Origin: Candidatus Marinacidobacterales bacterium
Lineage (GTDB): Bacteria; Acidobacteriota; Vicinamibacteria; Marinacidobacterales; SMYC01
DNA: 64,000 bases
Assembly: GCA_965237955.1 (NCBI GenBank)
Contig: OZ250169.1
Location: 672,001-736,000, forward strand
Reading direction: 5' to 3'
Position 1 is the first letter of the stretch; every line of letters starts with the position of its first letter. The notes below the pieces were generated by a model. It searched no databases, had not been told where the DNA came from, and saw only the letters and a program-made list of their open reading frames with translations. Made by a program: the position numbers and the translations under genes. This document shows positions 22,920 to 32,978 of the stretch, in pieces.

Positions 22920-24188
22920 TCATATGGGCAATCCCATTAGCCGGGCCGTCTCTTCCGAGAAAAACTGCCGATAGTTCTGGGGCTGCCCGCTGAGATTGCC
23001 ACTTCCGTCGAGGCGGAGCTGATACAACCGTGTTGCGGATGGATCGTCAGCACGGCGCTCCAAATACACGATGCCGACGTCCGAAGCTGCCAAGTTTCCC
23101 TCGGTGACCATGATCCGGAGCCAATCGATCACGTGATCGCTATGTGTTTCGACAATGAACGTATGGTTGCTCTCGGCCACTATCCGGACGAGCTTCGCCT
23201 GGGCGGATGGATGGATGTGGACTTCTGGTTGCTGCAGTAGGAAAAGCGTGTTTCTGGAAGCTTCCATCAGGGACTTGATCAAGGGGAGAACGTTAGTTAT
23301 ACCGTAGCCGACATCAACAAGATTGCACATCACGCCAGAAACGTCTGCCAGAATTTCGTACTGGTGTGGGCCGCGTTCCCGTACGTCGACACGGTTGAAC
23401 AGGTCCAACTTACGTCCCACATTATTGATCGCTTCCAGGTGCGTACCTCCGTCCAGAACTCCTAGTGGATCGTCAGGGTAGGAACGCCTTCGCTCGAGGC
23501 CATTTGGATCGATTGCTTTGACCGCAATGGGTGTCTCGGACGCTCGAAATTGATGCCGGAAAAAATTAATGAACTTGCCAAACATCACGAGTTCCTGATC
23601 CGTGGTACGGCCCATCCTCTTCCTGAATTGGGTAACATCGCCATCGAAAGGCAGCACGTTCCTACGTACGTATTGCGACAGCCAGGTCGTGAACTGCTTA
23701 TACGACACGACGGACTGATCAAGCTCGAACTCGAAGCCAGGGCCTTCGAAGCGCCAACGCTCCGCTCTGCCTTCGGGAGTTTCGCGGGCGATTCTCAACT
23801 GAGCCCCAGCGTGTGAAGGGTTGGCGGCTAACTCCAATTCGAGCACCCTTTCCTGCATAGCGCCATCGTGACCCGGCTCGAACTCTATCTCCAGCCGGCG
23901 AAAGCGATCATCTTCCATGCCGATGCCGACTCGAAATGACGGGTATCCCGATCGTGCGAGATTCTCAAATGAACCCATACAGAAAGGCTTTTGGTCGAAA
24001 TAGTTCGTTTGGTCGGTCAGCTCTACGAGGCCAGAAAGACGGACAAGGCCGTAGATGCAACCGAGAAACGTGGACTTGCCCGTGCTGTTTTCCCCGACAA
24101 GAAGAGTCACCTTGGAGAGTTCAGCGTGCTGCTCGCCGGCGAAACACCGAACATCCTTCAATGACAACGAAGTGATCTTACCGCTCAT
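22920..24188 (-). CDS. ABC-type (AAA_15/AAA_21, DUF3696-like) ATPase
   Basis: Walker A GENSTGKS, VGYG signature, LLQQPEVHIHPSAQ, ETHSDH. Confidence 0.88.
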   Translation of the reverse strand: MSGKITSLSLKDVRCFAGEQHAELSKVTLLVGENSTGKSTFLGCIYGLVRLSGLVELTDQTNYFDQKPFCMGSFENLARSGYPSFRVGIGMEDDRFRRLEIEFEPGHDGAMQERVLELELAANPSHAGAQLRIARETPEGRAERWRFEGPGFEFELDQSVVSYKQFTTWLSQYVRRNVLPFDGDVTQFRKRMGRTTDQELVMFGKFINFFRHQFRASETPIAVKAIDPNGLERRRSYPDDPLGVLDGGTHLEAINNVGRKLDLFNRVDVRERGPHQYEILADVSGVMCNLVDVGYGITNVLPLIKSLMEASRNTLFLLQQPEVHIHPSAQAKLVRIVAESNHTFIVETHSDHVIDWLRIMVTEGNLAASDVGIVYLERRADDPSATRLYQLRLDGSGNLSGQPQNYRQFFSEETARLMGLPI

Positions 24189-25675
24189 GTTCGTCCTCCT
24201 CGGAGGCGCCTACCCAGGAACGACAGCCGTCGGTTCAGCCAAGACATAAAGTGGCTGCCGCCGCGTGAGGGCGGGTCTTCGCGACGGACTGGTTCATCAA
24301 TGAAGGGATATCGCCAATTGTCGCCTTGCGCGGTTCTCGCGGCGATAGTGCAGCTTGATAGGCACTCGGTAATCTGCGGCGTCAACCGACCAGATATGTA
24401 GCTGTAGTGGAACTTCGTGGGCGCAGGAGGCCACCACGCTTCGCGCAAGATAGAGCGCAGCATCTCAAGAACCATCAAGCTGCCAAGATTAGCGCTGAAT
24501 GGGAAGACGTTCTCGTTGCCAGGGACTTCCATCCCGGGACGGTCTCGCACCACATACGTTGGATCATCGAGCGATCCGTCGCGCTCCATCATGACGCTGG
24601 ACGTTGTATATTGACCGTCACAGCGAAGGCAACGCAACTCTGGACCGGCTCGAACGACGTTCCATGTTGCGTCGGCGAGGCTCCCGTTAGTTTTCGTCGC
24701 CACTCGTACGCCCCCAAAGATCACCGGAATACAGTGCAGGTAGGAGATGTTGTTGAGGATGTCCTTTGGAACCGGTCGGTCGACCGCAGCGAACAGGACG
24801 TCACAGTCCAAGGCTGCTTGATAAGCATTTCGTTCCTGAATCCAAGCACGTCGTGCATCAACGTGAAAACGCGCGGCGGTGGCGCTGCGTTTCAAGTGCT
24901 CCGCCACGAGATCGACCTTGAAGCGCCCGATGTCGCTCGTGCCGGCATAGAGAAGCCGGTCGAGGTTATGCGCTTCCACACGATCCGCATCCACCAGAAG
25001 GATATCCGTTACTCCTATGCGGGCGAGTGTCTCCGCAATGATGCAGCCTACGCTACCAACCCCCACAACACCGACTCGGAGACTAGAAAGGAGGTTCTGC
25101 CGGTCTTGCCCCCAGGTATCAACGGTACGGCGCAAACGCGTGGAGCGATCGACTGGCGCCATCTTGGACGGATTAAGGCTGAGTTGGAGTCCCTTGCCTA
25201 CGACTCTGACCTTGTCGCACCACACACGGTCGAACTTCCGGCCGTTCCAACGCCAGAATCGGGCGCTCCAGACGCCGTCTCGGCCAACGGTGAAGCCGAG
25301 AAGCGGTAATCCGGCGGCCCGGGATGGAGGTGCGATCCGGTCGCGCTCGGCAATGACGTCGTCAGGGCTCATCCCCTGCCAGCCGGCGGTGGGATGACTG
25401 TGCATAAAAGCGACGCCCATGTTCGTTTGGCATGCCCTCCGCGCTGCTCTAGCAAGGTATGCGGACTCGAAACTCACGTTGCCATGCAGACTTCGTTCGC
25501 TGCGCAGCGGAGTCAGAAGCTCGGAGACGATGCCGGTCGTTCGAGACGCGCCGGTGCTGGGGCGCCAAAGTGCGAAACAGAGATCCTCCTGCAGCTGGCC
25601 GCTGCGGATTCGACTGAGAAGGTGCTGCTTCGCCTGTTCGGCCAGAGACTCAGTCAGAACTGCGTCGAACCTCAT
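24185..25675 (-). CDS. JAB peptidase - ThiF/E1 fusion (BubCD-like)
   Basis: QEDLCFALW...FMHSHP...MSPDD (JAB); GVGSVG, DADRVEAHNLDRL, CLRC (E1); ATG at 25675 overlaps the E2 stop. Confidence 0.88.
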   Translation of the reverse strand: MRFDAVLTESLAEQAKQHLLSRIRSGQLQEDLCFALWRPSTGASRTTGIVSELLTPLRSERSLHGNVSFESAYLARAARRACQTNMGVAFMHSHPTAGWQGMSPDDVIAERDRIAPPSRAAGLPLLGFTVGRDGVWSARFWRWNGRKFDRVWCDKVRVVGKGLQLSLNPSKMAPVDRSTRLRRTVDTWGQDRQNLLSSLRVGVVGVGSVGCIIAETLARIGVTDILLVDADRVEAHNLDRLLYAGTSDIGRFKVDLVAEHLKRSATAARFHVDARRAWIQERNAYQAALDCDVLFAAVDRPVPKDILNNISYLHCIPVIFGGVRVATKTNGSLADATWNVVRAGPELRCLRCDGQYTTSSVMMERDGSLDDPTYVVRDRPGMEVPGNENVFPFSANLGSLMVLEMLRSILREAWWPPAPTKFHYSYISGRLTPQITECLSSCTIAARTAQGDNWRYPFIDEPVRREDPPSRGGSHFMSWLNRRLSFLGRRLRGGRT

Positions 25676-26040
25676 AGCTGGGCGAGGACACGCAGCAAGT
25701 GCCGTCTGATGTAGGTCTTCATGTTTTTTCGAGAGGAATCCAGGCGGTCCCAAAAATCACTCGGTGGAAGGCTGTATGCGAACCATCTCTCGCCCTCAAA
25801 GTCGTGTTCGAAGTGCTTCGTGATTCTGTTGGTGCTGACGGACGACTTCAAGTGGACGAAGTGCGGGGGATATTCGGGATAGGCATTCTCCTGGAAGCTC
25901 AAGCCTACTACCAGCGTCTGTCCCTTGTAACAACCATGTCCGACCGGAACATCGACAACCACCGCCGGCCCGGAGGAAAACTCGACGATTCTCGGAACAA
26001 AGCCAAGCTCGCGCAGTTCCTCGGCAACACGCTCCAACAT
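25672..26040 (-). CDS. Prokaryotic E2/UBC-like protein (BubB-like)
   Basis: YPEYPPHFVH...WFAYSLPPSDFW; sits between Ubl and E1. Confidence 0.7.
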   Translation of the reverse strand: MLERVAEELRELGFVPRIVEFSSGPAVVVDVPVGHGCYKGQTLVVGLSFQENAYPEYPPHFVHLKSSVSTNRITKHFEHDFEGERWFAYSLPPSDFWDRLDSSRKNMKTYIRRHLLRVLAQL

Positions 26041-26044
26041 CGGA

Positions 26045-26509
26045 TCAGGCTACGGGTGTGCTGCCCACGTGGATCGCGATAAATTTGTCTCCGTCCGAAA
26101 TTGTCACTAGGTCGTTCAGATTCTCGTACTTGTGTCCGTCGGCGATGTTCTCTAGGTAGTAGCTACCAAGGTCGTCGAGATCTATAGCTGCTCCCAGGCC
26201 TGCGTTTCTGAGAATGGCTTCGAGCGAAAGAGGATTCACCACCGTAGTGTTCACTTCACCGTTGACCGTGTAGCGGATCGGTTTCTCCACGGGCTTCTCT
26301 GAAGAGTCACGTTTTCTTGTCTTGAAGCGTTCATCCGGGCGGATATCAATGAGCTCGTCAGGATTGCCATGTTCGACGCCGTCCTCGGAAACAAGAACAG
26401 CATCCTTGCTGGAGGTTCCAGCAAGTTGCAAGAGCAATCCGACCTTTTCTGGACTGCGTTCCAACTTATAGGGCTTGTCGTCAATAAAAAACTGGCTATC
26501 TGATGTCAT
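26045..26509 (-). CDS. Tandem ubiquitin-like (multi-ubiquitin) protein (BubA-like)
   Basis: Two repeats (FFIDDKPY...LLQLAG...IDIRPDERF; YTVNGE...ILRNAG...VTISDGDKF); C-terminus G-STPVA. Confidence 0.8.
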   Translation of the reverse strand: MTSDSQFFIDDKPYKLERSPEKVGLLLQLAGTSSKDAVLVSEDGVEHGNPDELIDIRPDERFKTRKRDSSEKPVEKPIRYTVNGEVNTTVVNPLSLEAILRNAGLGAAIDLDDLGSYYLENIADGHKYENLNDLVTISDGDKFIAIHVGSTPVA

Positions 26510-26814
26510 CGGGCACTCCAGCATACACCATCTCGTACACACTCCACACGAAACACGCGGTTGAAGTCGCATGAGATGGTAGCAAATTTTCGGCCTTTCC
26601 TGAAACAGGACGGAGGTGCGTTAAAGCCGCGGGGTTCGGCAGCGACCTGCCGCCCCTTGCTACACAACACGCAGGTAAGATAGGTTCACGTTTTCAATCA
26701 GTGGAAAGGAGGTCACCCAACACTTCATCGCTTCGATGAGCGTTCGGCTTCACCGGATTCGCTGTTCAGCTTGCTCTGGATTCGGCGTTCACGATGGCTG
26801 GAATACGCACTTGA

Positions 26815-26890
26815 CCCGGTCGCAAAACACAGACTCTAAGCTGTTGATTTATGGGCTATTTCAAAAGGGCCGAGTTTTGGCACAGGACGG
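26815..26890 (+). repeat. Dispersed terminal repeat, copy B
   Basis: Direct repeat of copy A with a few substitutions. Confidence 0.95.
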
Positions 26891-27239
26891 GCGCGCCCTC
26901 CAAATCAGAAAGAAATGAGGTTTTCATGAAGAAGAAGACCGACGTAGAGAAGTAACATAGCTGAAGAGGCTCGATCCTGGAAGGACCGGCAAAATGAAGA
27001 GGCATTCGCGAAGGCTGACAAGAAAGCGCGCGAGAAGAAGGCGAGAGAGCTTATCGGAGTTCTCGATGATGGACTGTCTTCAATGGGTTTCTCCGAAAAT
27101 AAAAGGCGTCAGATCCTACAATCTTCTTTTCCTCCCTGCCTCATCGCTATGGGTTTCACTCGTGGCGAGGTGCAGTCACTCAGCGCATCATATTTTGAAC
27201 AGCTCGGGGAAAAGCCTGCTTAGTAACGTCTATAATCCC

Positions 27240-27273
27240 CTATTAAAAGGGGCCGAGTTTTGGCACAGGACGG
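27240..27273 (+). repeat. Dispersed terminal repeat, copy C (short)
   Basis: AAAGGGGCCGAGTTTTGGCACAGGACGG. Confidence 0.9.
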
Positions 27274-27640
27274 GGTCAGTTGGAGGATTGGAGGGCCGTC
27301 GTCGAGCTTCGAGAGCCATTTGTTTATCGAAACACCAGCCGAATCGTGTCCGTTGCGGAGAATGGATCGAAGCCGGTCGCGTATAGCCTGCGGACGTTTG
27401 CTGGACAGTCATGGTCGAGTCAGCTTCCGTCAGGCCTGGGCGGAGGCGTGCCAGCGGGTAGGTGTCTTGGGCGGATCCCTCACGATCTTCGTCGAACCGC
27501 AGTCTGAAACCTCGTGTGCGCTGGAGTATCCGAGCGGGTGACAATGCAACTGTTAGAATATAAAATTGGAGCGGTTTTTTGACCGATACGACATCGTGAA
27601 CGAGACAGATCTTTCGGCGGCGGTGAGGCGACTGTCGTCC
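27274..27640 (+). pseudogene. Tyrosine recombinase C-terminal remnant
   Basis: FRQAWAEAC...IPHDLRRTAV*...FDRYDIVNETDL across frames (HxxR and catalytic Y region). Confidence 0.8.
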
Positions 27641-27676
27641 GCTCGTGCACCACAGAGTCAAACGAAAGGCTCTTCA

Positions 27677-28855
27677 TTGAGGCAGACGACTGCTGGGTCT
27701 TCGACGAGCCCCATTGGCGTGATAGGTCCGCAGCGACCTAGCCGCGTGAGCGCGGTCTCACTTGCCTCCGCCGAGTGGACTGGGGGCGTCTGTAACACCG
27801 AATGGACCTTTCACCAACTATCGCCGTACATCGGGAAGTCGAAGTCCTCTATGGCGGCAGCCTTGGTGAGGGAATTTGCCCTGCCGGGTCACACCGTCTA
27901 CGAGCCGTTCTCAGGCTGCGGGTCGATCGCCTTCGAAAGCTGGGCAGCCGGCTGCAACGTAATCGCAAACGACCTAAGTCCATATGCGAGGCTTCTCACT
28001 CGTGCGAAGCTCTTTCCCTATGCGTCGCTAGAACTGGCGCTGGACGATCTTCATCGTTCCGCCGGAGCTGTCAAGAAGGAGTCCAGGCCAGCTCTGCGGT
28101 CGGTGCCGAAGTGGGTTCGAGAGTTCTTTCATCCCGATACACTTCGCGAGATCCTGACCTGGACTGCGGTGCTACGGCGTCGGCGACACTGGTTCCTACT
28201 GGCGTGCTTGATGGGGATTCTGCATCATCAACGCCCAGGCTTCCTTTCCTTTCCAAGCAGTCACTCGGTACCGTACTTGCGCACGCGGAAGTTCCCCCGT
28301 GACCAGTTTCCTGAAATGTACAAGTACCGGGCGTTGATGGATCGGCTAGAGAAGAAAGTGTCGCGGGCATTTCGGCGCGTTCCAGAGCTTGATTTTGATT
28401 TGCGCCGCTCGTATTATTCGCAAGACGCCGCTCGATTCAACCCAGGCCCGGTCGATGTCATCCTCACGAGCCCGCCGTACATGCGGCAGCTCGACTACGG
28501 TCGAGACAATCGCTTGCGATTGTGGTTTCTGGGCTGTCGAGACAGCGATGCTCTCGACGAGTCCGTGTCGCCAGCCGAGAGCGATTTCCTCGCTTTGATG
28601 CGAGCGTGTTTCATGCGCTGGAAAGACGCCCTGATCTCTGGGGGCAGCTGCGTTCTAGTCATAGGTGATACGTGCAGTCGGGAGAACCGCAGCGCGCTTC
28701 CGGACGCGGTGACGCAACTCGCACGCGACACTGGCTTCGTTTTCTCCGGTCAGCGCACGGACGTCATTCCGAGCGACAGGAGGGTCAGGCGGGGGATCAC
28801 TGGCAGTTTGTCGGAGACAATTCTGGTGCTGCGCAAAGGCGGAGCCGCGCGGTAG
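27677..28855 (+). CDS. DNA amino-methyltransferase (SPPY, probably m4C; start uncertain)
   Basis: HQLSPYIGK, EPFSGCGS (motif I), ILTSPPY (motif IV). Confidence 0.85.
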   Translation: MRQTTAGSSTSPIGVIGPQRPSRVSAVSLASAEWTGGVCNTEWTFHQLSPYIGKSKSSMAAALVREFALPGHTVYEPFSGCGSIAFESWAAGCNVIANDLSPYARLLTRAKLFPYASLELALDDLHRSAGAVKKESRPALRSVPKWVREFFHPDTLREILTWTAVLRRRRHWFLLACLMGILHHQRPGFLSFPSSHSVPYLRTRKFPRDQFPEMYKYRALMDRLEKKVSRAFRRVPELDFDLRRSYYSQDAARFNPGPVDVILTSPPYMRQLDYGRDNRLRLWFLGCRDSDALDESVSPAESDFLALMRACFMRWKDALISGGSCVLVIGDTCSRENRSALPDAVTQLARDTGFVFSGQRTDVIPSDRRVRRGITGSLSETILVLRKGGAAR

Positions 28856-28862
28856 GGGAAAC

Positions 28863-29200
28863 ATGCAGCAGCAGTTCAACACACGAAACTACAGCATCCG
28901 GGACTTTGAGGAGTGGAACAGCTTCGGAGAACTACTGCTCGCACCGAAGTTCCAGCTTCGAGTGGTATGGAACTCCAAGGCAAAGTTCTTTTGATCGACA
29001 CGATTCTCCGTGGCAAGCCGATTCCCAAGCTGTACATGCGGTAGGAAATTAATGCATCCAACGTTAGGGCCATTCGATAAATAGCCGATGGTTGGTAGTG
29101 TCTGGCAACGGCCCTGAAATTTCATTAGTGACGGGCTGACAAGATCAGTCGCGCGCCCAGCGCCGAGTTTGGGGAGAAGCAGTTCAGTAACCTGGACCTA
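28863..29200 (+). pseudogene. DUF262 (GmrS/ParB-like) gene remnant
   Basis: LLLAPKFQLRVVW, frameshift, LIDTILRGKPIPKLY, then in-frame stops. Confidence 0.75.
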
Positions 29201-29336
29201 ACAACACAAGGTGAGGGGGGGCCGGGGTCGCGAGTTCCGGGTTCGGATTTCTGGTTCCTCGTGTTTCGAAAGAGTTTGTCGGATCGAAATCGCGAATGAA
29301 CGCATTTCCGCGTGGCACGCAGTTCAAGGGAAAATC

Positions 29337-31829
29337 ATGAGAAAACACCTGCCCGCACCCGAGCAGTTTGTCGGACAGCCAGTACCCGAACACCCCGAGT
29401 ACATCATCGTAAAAAAACTCGATTCTGGTTGCAACGGGCACGTGTTCGTCGCCCGTTCCGACACGCTCGGCCGAGAGATCGCGTGCAAGGTGATCCCTGT
29501 AGCGAATCTGATCGGTGCTGACCGCAGACCACCGACCTGGAGAGAAGAGATCCTCAAGGCGAATACTGTGCCGTCGAACCGAGTCGTTAAGTTCTACAGC
29601 ACTGGAACATGGTCAACCAAGGATGGCGATTGCGTATTCCTGTTGTCCGATCTGGTTCGTGGCCAAGCTTTGCGCAAATACCAGAAGAACTCATCCGTCA
29701 GCCTTCTCTTTGTGCTGGACTTCTTCAAGGAAATGCTGGATTTCCTGCGAGAGTTGCAGGAAGTCGGTCTTCAGCATGGCGATTTTCACGCGGGTAACGT
29801 GCTCGTCGAAGACCGCTCTGCATCGTTGATCGGAACTCCTTACGCGTTTCGGGTAACTGATTTCGGGGTCGCCCCGTTGACTAGCGGTGCCAATCTACTG
29901 GATGACTACGATCAGGTTGGGCTTATGCTGCGTGACCTCTTGGCTCTTGTGGATTACCAGACGTGCACGCCCGAGGACCGACATATGTTCGACGTCCTCA
30001 ACGACGACTTTCTAGCGAAGGGACTTTTTGAGCGAGACGCCGCTCACGACGAGCAGGCCCGAAACCCGCTTTTACTCTTCGAGTCACTGGAAAATGCAAA
30101 GCGGAGCTTTGCGGTCCATAACTTGAACCTCGCTCGGCGCACGCTGGTTACACCGTTCGACTACCTCAGTTGCGAACAAATCGGCGAATCTCATGCGCTC
30201 CTTAAGGAGTTGTATTCGGACAAGATGGTTGGCCTTCGTGTCATTGAGGAAACTAATAATCTAGTACTGACAGGACCGCGAGGGTGTGGCAAGACGACCG
30301 TCTTTCGGAGCCTGAGCCTGAAGCACCGGTTTTACACGGGAGATGATGCGCCGGAGTTGGTCTCGTACATTGGTGTCTACTACCGGTGCGACGACCTCTA
30401 TTTCAATTTTCCCCGGTACGTACTGCCTAAGCGCACTGGTGCGCTCGACGTACCCTTACATTTCGTTACAGCGACGTTGATGCGCGAAATGCTGGAGTCC
30501 TTAGGCCTCTGGCTCCCACGACACTTTCCCGAGGCGTGGCAGCGCGACGAGCGGAACGTCGCACGCGAACTGTGGAAAGTACTCGGTCTGAAAAAGCCAC
30601 AGCAGCCTAGCGCCGACACGTTTGCTGTGATTCAGCGCGCGCTCGGACAGGAGCGCGAGCGTGCGGCGAAGAAACAGCGGTTCGTGGACGACCCCACCCA
30701 TTCGTTCGGAGAATACTTTGGTCCGGGAGTCCTGCCGACGTTCTGCTCGATGCTTCTCGAGCGAATGTCATGCCTCGCTGGACGGCCAATCTTCTTTTTT
30801 TTTGATGACTACTCGAAGCCGAAGATTAGCAGAGATTTACAGCAGAACGCAAATCGGCTTCTGATGCAGCGTAGCCCATCGTGTTTTTTCAAGCTAGCCA
30901 CTGAGAGCCCGGCTTCATACGAGAGCAGCGACATTGATGGGAAGTCTTACGTCGAAGGACGCGAGTTTCGTCTCGTCAATCTCGGGATCGACTTTATCAA
31001 GTCAGAGAGCGATGACAAGCTGCGGTTCGTTGATGATGTCTTCGGTCGGCGGTTTCAATACACGAAAGACTATCCGGTGTCATCGCTTGAAACTCTTGTC
31101 GGCGACGAGCCGAACGAGTTTTCGCACAACGAGATGGCTAGAGCGCTTCGAGACGGCAAGCATCCAAAGATCTGGGGCCGTCGCGCGCTCGGGGAACTAT
31201 GCAGCGGCGACATCCATTTTCTTATCGAACTTGTAGGGAAGATGGTAGCAGCTACAGGCGGCGTGGACGCCTTAGTTGGCGAGCCGGCACCTGCGATCAA
31301 GGCTGAAATCCAGAACAAGGCGATCCGCGATGAGGCCGGCAAGTTCCTTCGAAACCTTCGCACACTCCCAGAAGGACAGGCGTTGGTTGAAGTCGTTGAA
31401 GCGTTTGGCAACGTGGCGTCCTCATACCTACGTTTCAAGGATTCAAAGAACGAAACATCTTGGCCGCCGCACCAGGCATCGCGAATTGAGCCATACGAAG
31501 ATCCTCACCTCACGGGCGCGGCGAAGGTGATCTACGAGAACCTTCTTCGCTATTCCGTTTTCATCGAGGATGTTCGCGGAAGGAGCCGGAGGGGAAACGT
31601 CGTCCCGCGCCTCTATTTGAGACGGTTCTTGATTCCGTTCTTCAACCTTACGTTTAGCCGCAGGGACTCCCTTGAGCTCAGCGTGGAGGATTTTAGAAGC
31701 CTCCTCCTCGATCCCAAGGAGTTCGAGAGAAAGAAGCGGCTTAAGAGTGCTGTCCCTCATGAGGCGACAGTCGAAGATGCCGGTCCACCTGCGCAGCTAC
31801 TCCTCAATTTCGTCCGCCCAAAGGAGTAG
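29337..31829 (+). CDS. Hanks-type protein kinase fused to ORC/CDC6-like P-loop ATPase
   Basis: DSGCNGHVF, IACK, HGDFHAGNVL, TDFG; Walker A GPRGCGKT, Walker B IFFFFDDY. Confidence 0.85.
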   Translation: MRKHLPAPEQFVGQPVPEHPEYIIVKKLDSGCNGHVFVARSDTLGREIACKVIPVANLIGADRRPPTWREEILKANTVPSNRVVKFYSTGTWSTKDGDCVFLLSDLVRGQALRKYQKNSSVSLLFVLDFFKEMLDFLRELQEVGLQHGDFHAGNVLVEDRSASLIGTPYAFRVTDFGVAPLTSGANLLDDYDQVGLMLRDLLALVDYQTCTPEDRHMFDVLNDDFLAKGLFERDAAHDEQARNPLLLFESLENAKRSFAVHNLNLARRTLVTPFDYLSCEQIGESHALLKELYSDKMVGLRVIEETNNLVLTGPRGCGKTTVFRSLSLKHRFYTGDDAPELVSYIGVYYRCDDLYFNFPRYVLPKRTGALDVPLHFVTATLMREMLESLGLWLPRHFPEAWQRDERNVARELWKVLGLKKPQQPSADTFAVIQRALGQERERAAKKQRFVDDPTHSFGEYFGPGVLPTFCSMLLERMSCLAGRPIFFFFDDYSKPKISRDLQQNANRLLMQRSPSCFFKLATESPASYESSDIDGKSYVEGREFRLVNLGIDFIKSESDDKLRFVDDVFGRRFQYTKDYPVSSLETLVGDEPNEFSHNEMARALRDGKHPKIWGRRALGELCSGDIHFLIELVGKMVAATGGVDALVGEPAPAIKAEIQNKAIRDEAGKFLRNLRTLPEGQALVEVVEAFGNVASSYLRFKDSKNETSWPPHQASRIEPYEDPHLTGAAKVIYENLLRYSVFIEDVRGRSRRGNVVPRLYLRRFLIPFFNLTFSRRDSLELSVEDFRSLLLDPKEFERKKRLKSAVPHEATVEDAGPPAQLLLNFVRPKE

Positions 31830-31831
31830 AT

Positions 31832-32869
31832 ATGCGAGTTCTTCGCATGGATGAATGGCTCCGACAATTGCCGCATCCTGAGCTTCAGGTCACTACCGCA
31901 CCAACACTCGGTTCAGATGACGTGCTGTTGACCTGTGCTGGGTTTGAGGATCGAGCGATCGAGGCACTGCGTCGGGCGGTATCGGCGGGTTGCCGTGGCT
32001 TTCGCGTTCTGCGCATCGATTACCTGCCGGAAGTTGGGGCAAACAGGGAAAAGGACATCGCTGACCTTTGCGCCCAGGCACAGGGAACCCTCGAATGCCT
32101 GACGTTCGACCGCGAGCATCCCGCCGGCGCCGGCGAGCGGATCCTAGCGCGCGTACCGGACAGCCATCGCCTCCACGTTGATTTGTCCGGTATGTCAAGG
32201 ATCTTGATCGTCCAAATCGTGGCGGAGCTCGTACGCCGCGCGCGTTCGGCAAGCTCGGAGATATTGTATTGCAGCGCGAAAGTCTACCCTCCCAAACGGG
32301 AACAAGTTGAATCGAAGCTTGCCGAGCACACGGACCTCGTCGGCCTAACAATGTTTATCTCTACGGGCGTGTTCGGCCTCACGGTTGTGCCTGAGCTCTC
32401 CAGTGTTGCTATGCAGGGCCAGCCTATCCGTGTCATCACGTTTCCTTCTTGGAACACAACACAGCTTGCAGCAGTCTGCTCTGAAATGCAGGCCTCCCAC
32501 TTTACTATTGTGCATGGAATTCCTCCGGATCCGCAGAATGCTTGGCGACGCAGCGCAATCCGGACACTAAATCGAGTCGAGTCGTTGCCTAGCCAAGAGG
32601 AATTCGACGTGAGCACGCTGGACTATAGGGAAACGCTCGACTTACTGTTGAATATCTACGATACGCACCGACAGCACGAGAAACTAGTCGTATCTCCGAT
32701 TGGCAGCAAGATGCAGTCTCTCGCGGTCGGGATCGTATGCGCGTTCCTGCGAGATCTGCAGGTCGTGTACCCCACGCCGCGTTTGTTCGCCGCTCCGGAG
32801 GACTACACACAAGGTGTGGGGCATTTATACCGATTGCCACTTGAACAGTTCGTTGCACCGCGAAGGTGA
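31832..32869 (+). CDS. Hypothetical protein with two CARF-like Rossmannoid halves
   Basis: AGFEDRA...HVDLSGMSR and ...VVSPIGSKMQSLAV; starts 2 bp after the kinase-ATPase stop. Confidence 0.5.
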   Translation: MRVLRMDEWLRQLPHPELQVTTAPTLGSDDVLLTCAGFEDRAIEALRRAVSAGCRGFRVLRIDYLPEVGANREKDIADLCAQAQGTLECLTFDREHPAGAGERILARVPDSHRLHVDLSGMSRILIVQIVAELVRRARSASSEILYCSAKVYPPKREQVESKLAEHTDLVGLTMFISTGVFGLTVVPELSSVAMQGQPIRVITFPSWNTTQLAAVCSEMQASHFTIVHGIPPDPQNAWRRSAIRTLNRVESLPSQEEFDVSTLDYRETLDLLLNIYDTHRQHEKLVVSPIGSKMQSLAVGIVCAFLRDLQVVYPTPRLFAAPEDYTQGVGHLYRLPLEQFVAPRR

Positions 32870-32967
32870 TGTGGCTAAAAGTGCGGTTTAAGATTCACAG
32901 TGACGGTAACGGTAACGGTAACGGCGGCCAGATCATGCCCGTCTTGTTGTTATAGGTCACCGGCAGC

Positions 32968-32978
32968 CCGTCCTGTGC
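32968..32978 (-). repeat. Dispersed terminal repeat, copy D (11-bp stub)
   Basis: CCGTCCTGTGC, cut by the 205-bp repeat. Confidence 0.5.

Noticed and set aside
27566-27676. N-terminal extension of the methyltransferase as an integrase fusion
   Set aside because: It is the tail of the broken tyrosine recombinase in frame by chance; a TTG with an RBS-like AAAGG at 27677 is a better start.
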